DNA of 64,000 nt from Desulfomicrobium sp. (GTDB lineage Bacteria > Desulfobacterota > Desulfovibrionia > Desulfovibrionales > Desulfomicrobiaceae): contig JAXGMI010000002.1 of NCBI GenBank assembly GCA_040768745.1, positions 256,001-320,000 on the forward strand, read 5' to 3'. A model generated the notes under the pieces. It did not search any database and was not told the origin of the DNA. It saw only the letters and a list, made by a program, of their open reading frames with translations. Of this stretch, positions 59,593 to 64,000 are shown piece after piece (the stretch's first letter is position 1; the number at the start of each line of letters is the position of its first letter). Position numbers and translations under genes: made by a program.

Positions 59593-60096
59593 ATGAAACG
59601 CGTTGCGATGTGTGTTCTCTGTATTGTTTTCATTCTGATGCCTTACATGACCTTGGCCGACAGTAACGCCTCCAACCTCAAACCCGCCCAGGACCAACCC
59701 AGGCCCCAGAGCGTGGATGAAAAAAACGGAACGTCGGTTATCGGAACGAAATTGCCATTGGATATCATCAGCACGGGATCGGACCAAAGCGGTACGCTTC
59801 TGTCCTACAAGTTGAAGGAGGAATTGATGGCCAGCAAACTGTTCACCCTCACAGCGGCCGAAAAAAAGAAATTCGTTCTGCACCTGCAGACCCAGCCTGA
59901 ATTCTCCGACCGGCCATCCATCGCCTCCATATACTCCATTGCCCTGGTCTATCAGGAAGATTCTGGAACATTAACCTATTACTTGAGCCAACTTCAGGGT
60001 CAGGTTCACGCAGATGGCGTTGCCGCTGAAATGCAGAAGATCCTCGAGTGGACGTATTCCAAACTCAAGCGGTATCATTATTTGTTAAGCGATTGA
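59593..60096 (+). CDS. Exported hypothetical protein
   Basis: RBS AAGGAG and a signal peptide. Confidence 0.75.
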   Translation: MKRVAMCVLCIVFILMPYMTLADSNASNLKPAQDQPRPQSVDEKNGTSVIGTKLPLDIISTGSDQSGTLLSYKLKEELMASKLFTLTAAEKKKFVLHLQTQPEFSDRPSIASIYSIALVYQEDSGTLTYYLSQLQGQVHADGVAAEMQKILEWTYSKLKRYHYLLSD

Positions 60097-60198
60097 CATG
60101 GGGTCGATGATGACCATTGCAGAGTTCCCGGTGCATGCCGCGCTGCATCATTCCGGACAAGGCGTTGTTTGTCCCGGCGGTCAACCAGACCTTCCAAA

Positions 60199-62064
60199 TC
60201 ATCGTTTTTCAGCAGCAGGAGATGTCGTCCGCTTGTCGTGCGCAGGGCAGCGCGGGGCCCTGGTCGGCCTTGACCGGGCCAGAAGCACGCCAGACGCAAC
60301 CATCTCCCTGACCTCATTCATGAAATTTTTGTAGGCATATTTTCCCTGTTCCATTTGCTTGAGCTTCTTTTCCCACTCCCCTGTCATTTCCGGTGATGCC
60401 AGTTGAGGCATCATGGAGCACACGACATCCACTGCCCAGCATCCGAGATCCGTTGCCTGAAGGCGTTTACCATCCTTGAGCACGTATTTGCGTCCGAGTA
60501 GGGTTTCAATGATCTGGGCGCGTGTGGCAGGTGTACCCAGACCCCGTTCCTTCATGGCCTCGCGCAACTCCTCGTCATCCACGAGTTTCCCTGCCGTCTC
60601 CATGACTGCAAGGAGCGTAGCGTCAGTGAAGTGTGCCGGCGGCTTGGTTTTGTGCGTGACCAAGGTCAGTTCGCGGACCAGAACATGCTGCTCTTTGCGC
60701 AAATCGGGCAAGGGATTGTCTGCGGATGCACGCCACGGCTCGGCATCGAGCCAGCCCTTTTCCAGATAGGTCCGGCCTGTGCAGCGGAAGCGGTGGCTGG
60801 CCAAGGAGATCCAGAGCGAGGTTGCAGCAAAAATGGAGTCATCCATGAAGGTTGCGGCAAAACGGCGGCAGATCATTTCGTAGATCGCCCACTCCTCCTT
60901 CCTCAATTTCTGGGGATCAGCGCGCAAGGTCGTGGGGATTATGGCGTGATGGTCCGAGACTTTTTTGTCGTTGATGCACTCAAACTTTCTCTTGTCCTCC
61001 TTGATATTGCTCGCTGCCTTTTGCGAAATTTCAGGGAAATGCGGATGAATGGCCCGCAGATTTGCCAAACACTCACGAAAAAGCTCCCGAGTCAGATAGC
61101 GCGAATCCGTGCGCGGATAGGTGATGAGCTTGCGTTTTTCGTAGAGCTCCTGGGCGATGTTCAGGGTCTGCTGAGCTGAAAGGTCGAGCCGCACGTTGGC
61201 ATCCTTCTGCAATGTGGTCAGGTCGTACGGGAGGGGCGGCTTTTGCCTTCCTTTTTTCTTTTCGAGACTCAGTATCTCCCCCCTCTGGCCGGTGCATTCT
61301 GAGACAACGGCCTGCCCGAGGTCTTGATTCCAGATTTGGGAGTCCTTGAACTCAGGGGGAGAGAACCACGTGCCCTTGAAGCTCTGGGCGCTGTTCTCGA
61401 ATTCCCCCTCCACGGTCCAGTAGTTTCTCGACTCGAAGTTTTCGATTTCCCGGCGGCGCTGGACCAAAAGCTTCAAAACCGGGGTCTGGACCCGGCCGAT
61501 GGTGATGAGACTGCCTGCCAGAAGGGTGAAAAGGCGGGAAAAATTCATACCTACCAGCCAATCCGCCTCGGCCCTGGCAAAGGCGGCATGACCCAGACTG
61601 CGTTTCTCCTCGCCTTCAACGAGGTTGCCGAAGGCCTTCAACAGGCCTGTCTCCGTCATATCGTTTGCCCACAGGCGCCTGATGGGTTTGGTGCACCCAG
61701 CCAGATGGTAGATGCGGCGAAAGATAAGCTCTCCCTCGCGTCCGGCGTCCGTGGCGTTGATGACCAGTGTGATGTCATCATTCAGGAGTAGGTTCCGGAC
61801 TACAGCGTATTGCTTGGCTGTGGACGGAAGGACCGTCAAGACGAAGCGCGAGGGCATCATGGGCAATTGGGCCATGGACCAGCGTCCGGACCAGGACGCG
61901 TTCTGGTCACCCGGCTCGGCGATGCTAACCAGATGTCCTACGGCCCAGGTGACCACGTAGCGTTCATTCTCCAGAAAGCCTTCTCCGCGACTGCGCACTC
62001 CGAGAACGCCCGCGAGTTCCCGGGCTACGGATGGTTTTTCGGCGAGGACCAATGTCCTGGGCAC
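60199..62064 (-). CDS. topB: DNA topoisomerase III
   Basis: AEKPSVA, TDAGREGE, GRVQTP, ITYPRTD, HHAIIPT, GLGTPATRA. GTG start with RBS AGGAG. Confidence 0.93.
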   Translation of the reverse strand: MPRTLVLAEKPSVARELAGVLGVRSRGEGFLENERYVVTWAVGHLVSIAEPGDQNASWSGRWSMAQLPMMPSRFVLTVLPSTAKQYAVVRNLLLNDDITLVINATDAGREGELIFRRIYHLAGCTKPIRRLWANDMTETGLLKAFGNLVEGEEKRSLGHAAFARAEADWLVGMNFSRLFTLLAGSLITIGRVQTPVLKLLVQRRREIENFESRNYWTVEGEFENSAQSFKGTWFSPPEFKDSQIWNQDLGQAVVSECTGQRGEILSLEKKKGRQKPPLPYDLTTLQKDANVRLDLSAQQTLNIAQELYEKRKLITYPRTDSRYLTRELFRECLANLRAIHPHFPEISQKAASNIKEDKRKFECINDKKVSDHHAIIPTTLRADPQKLRKEEWAIYEMICRRFAATFMDDSIFAATSLWISLASHRFRCTGRTYLEKGWLDAEPWRASADNPLPDLRKEQHVLVRELTLVTHKTKPPAHFTDATLLAVMETAGKLVDDEELREAMKERGLGTPATRAQIIETLLGRKYVLKDGKRLQATDLGCWAVDVVCSMMPQLASPEMTGEWEKKLKQMEQGKYAYKNFMNEVREMVASGVLLARSRPTRAPRCPAHDKRTTSPAAEKR

Positions 62065-62429
62065 ATTGTTCTCCTTGTCTTGTTGTGAAAGTCAGCCCCA
62101 AAACGGGGTTCTTTCCTGCGCAAGCTGGTCACCAGGCATCCAGGAGACCGCACAAAGGTGCTCTGGCGTTCCTGTGGACTGCGGGTGCACTCACGCCGAC
62201 GCTCAAGGGGGAAAAAAGGTCTTTTGACTTTTGACAGGCCTACAACAGACGGGGGAGCATGCCTGGACCGGAACGGGGAAATGGCCAGGACCGTACCAGG
62301 CGTAATCGACGCGATAAGCTGAACAGATGATCGGGGACTGCCGCTACACAGGGCCAAGGCTTTCCTCGCCAGCCTATCGGGTGAATCTTGAATCCTGTTC
62401 AGTCTGGGTGGACGTCCTTCGCGAGTGAT

Positions 62430-62822
62430 CTATTTCATCTCGGCAATGACTCTGGTCATCCAGTCGATGTATCCGGCGTCGTACGTGTTGACGATTTCCA
62501 TGCCGCAGATCAAGGTCTTGCCGTCATTGTGCAGAGAGATGTGGACCACGCGTGTGTCCACGGAAAAAAAACGATCCGTGAATTCGATGCGCACCCCTTT
62601 GAGGATGTCTCCGATTTCAAATATTTTGGGATCATTGATGGAAATGCCCACACCGTACATAGAAAGATTGTGAACCGGATAGGTTTTCCGGCCCTCGCTG
62701 AAAGTCACGAGACCAGGCTCGACCGGTATGCGCAGAAATTTGCGATCTTTCTTTCCCTTGACTGGGCCTTCGTTCGTCAGCTCCAAAGCGTTATCACTGC
62801 CTGAGTTGTCGTTCGTTATCAT
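62430..62822 (-). CDS. Single-domain PilZ protein
   Basis: DRKFLR (RxxxR) and NLSMYG. Confidence 0.75.
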   Translation of the reverse strand: MITNDNSGSDNALELTNEGPVKGKKDRKFLRIPVEPGLVTFSEGRKTYPVHNLSMYGVGISINDPKIFEIGDILKGVRIEFTDRFFSVDTRVVHISLHNDGKTLICGMEIVNTYDAGYIDWMTRVIAEMK

Positions 62823-63004
62823 GTCTGCCTCGTTCTGCTATGCCGGAGAAAATCAGGACCGGAAGATCGGCCCGTCCAGGGATGGACACAGGCGCCAATG
62901 GCTGGCAATTCACGATCATTGCCCTTGATCTACCTCAAAATCAAGACCAGTTCTTGAGGGAAAGTGGTCCGGATCATGGGGGAAGTACTGTCTGACGGAG
63001 CATC

Positions 63005-63466
63005 ATGAAAAGAGTGAAAATCATCACCGTGGGCAAGGTCAAAAAGAGCTATTGGTCGGAAGCCATTGCCCATTACGAAAAAGTGCTGAGGCCCATGCTG
63101 AGGATTGAAGCCATCATCGTTAAAGACTGCCCCCAGTTCGAGGAAGAGGAAAGAAAGCGGAAGGAGTCAGAGCGCCTGCTGCAGAAACTCGGTCCCAGGG
63201 ACAGACCCATCGCCCTGCATGAAGAGGGGGCCTTGTTCACCTCCGTGGAGTTTGCCAGATTTCTTCAACCCATGTTGGAAAGCCCAGACCAAACCTGCTG
63301 CTTTGTCATTGGAGGGGCGCACGGGCTTTCTCCCGAATTTCTTGAACGCGCCGAACGATTCAGCCTCAGCCCCCTGACCATGCCTCATGAATTGGCTCAA
63401 GCCGTTCTCTACGAGCAGCTTTTCAGGGCCATGACGATTCTCCGCAACCGTACATACCATTACTGA
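63005..63466 (+). CDS. rlmH: 23S rRNA (pseudouridine1915-N3)-methyltransferase
   Basis: VGK, FVIGGAHG, SLSPLTMPH, EQLFRA, YH. Confidence 0.95.
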   Translation: MKRVKIITVGKVKKSYWSEAIAHYEKVLRPMLRIEAIIVKDCPQFEEEERKRKESERLLQKLGPRDRPIALHEEGALFTSVEFARFLQPMLESPDQTCCFVIGGAHGLSPEFLERAERFSLSPLTMPHELAQAVLYEQLFRAMTILRNRTYHY

Positions 63467-63515
63467 AGAAAGGGCTCTCCAAAGCCACTCCGGGATCCCA
63501 ACAAAACCCAGGTTC

Positions 63516-64000
63516 TCAATACCTGTGTGCCGCAATTTCGGCCTTGCGGCGGGTCAGGTCCTCAAATACCGCCATGGCCGCGCTGGCCCCCTCGCTTACG
63601 GCCGTGACAATCTGCTGCACCCCGCCGGTAATGTCGCCGGCGGCATAGATTCGCGGCATACTGGTTCTGCCCTGTCGGTCAACCTTGAGGTAGCCTCCGC
63701 TTTCTCGGGCAAGGTCCAGATGATTCACCGCCTCGACGTTGGGCACGATGCCGATGGCCAGGAAAATTCCTTTCACCGGGACCTTCTCGGTCTCTCCGGT
63801 GCTCACGTCCCTGAGCACGATGAATTCGACTCCCCTGTCTCCTCCGATTTCTTCGACCACAGCGTTCCAGCGTACGGGGATGTTTTCGCGGGACACGGAA
63901 TCGATGAGGTGACGCTCCGCCCGGAACTCGTCTCTGCGATGCACGATGAAGACATCCGCTCCCAGGTTCTTGAGATGAAGGGCATCAGTCAGGGCGGTGT
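63516..64000 (-). CDS. trxB: Thioredoxin-disulfide reductase-family protein (C-terminal part; start outside the window)
   Basis: HRRDEFRA, GIFLAIG..PN, YAAGD, QIVTAVSEG. Confidence 0.85.
   Translation of the reverse strand, partial: TALTDALHLKNLGADVFIVHRRDEFRAERHLIDSVSRENIPVRWNAVVEEIGGDRGVEFIVLRDVSTGETEKVPVKGIFLAIGIVPNVEAVNHLDLARESGGYLKVDRQGRTSMPRIYAAGDITGGVQQIVTAVSEGASAAMAVFEDLTRRKAEIAAHRY

Noticed and set aside
62265..62400. ydaO (c-di-AMP) riboswitch or 6S RNA
   Set aside because: Some short words match (GCTGAA, GGGTGAATC), but the 3' consensus is absent, there is no downstream gene on that strand, and no full-length 6S-type pairing was found.
1..64000. CRISPR arrays, rRNA and tRNA genes
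   Set aside because: No spaced direct repeats or recognisable tRNA/rRNA signatures were seen in the intergenic regions by eye.

Overview
This is a GC-rich (about 60%) chromosomal segment. Gene content and order suggest a sulfate-reducing Desulfovibrionales bacterium, probably Desulfomicrobium-like (inference). Most of it is core genome: dapA/dapF, prfB, lnt/corC, hypAB, panBC, lolA, proA/nadD, lysA, mutS, lapAB, an amino-acid ABC transporter, a tRNA nucleotidyltransferase, xerD, folK, fsa/tal, topB, rlmH and trxB. It also carries several c-di-GMP and two-component signalling genes. Features the ORF track misses or mis-calls: (1) an exported CxxU selenoprotein (1805-2647, minus strand) with an in-frame UGA and a SECIS-like hairpin; (2) prfB with its +1 programmed frameshift; (3) an IS1182-family element inserted into a bidirectional terminator, duplicating 18 bp of that hairpin; (4) an OmpA-family pseudogene whose core is replaced by 110 bp of AT-rich DNA, next to a probable IS3 remnant; (5) an atypical kinase/pseudokinase pair; (6) an uncharacterised membrane protein plus GTPase operon (DUF2868/DUF3482-like). 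No rRNA, tRNA or CRISPR array was recognised. All family assignments come from reading motifs by eye; no searches were run.
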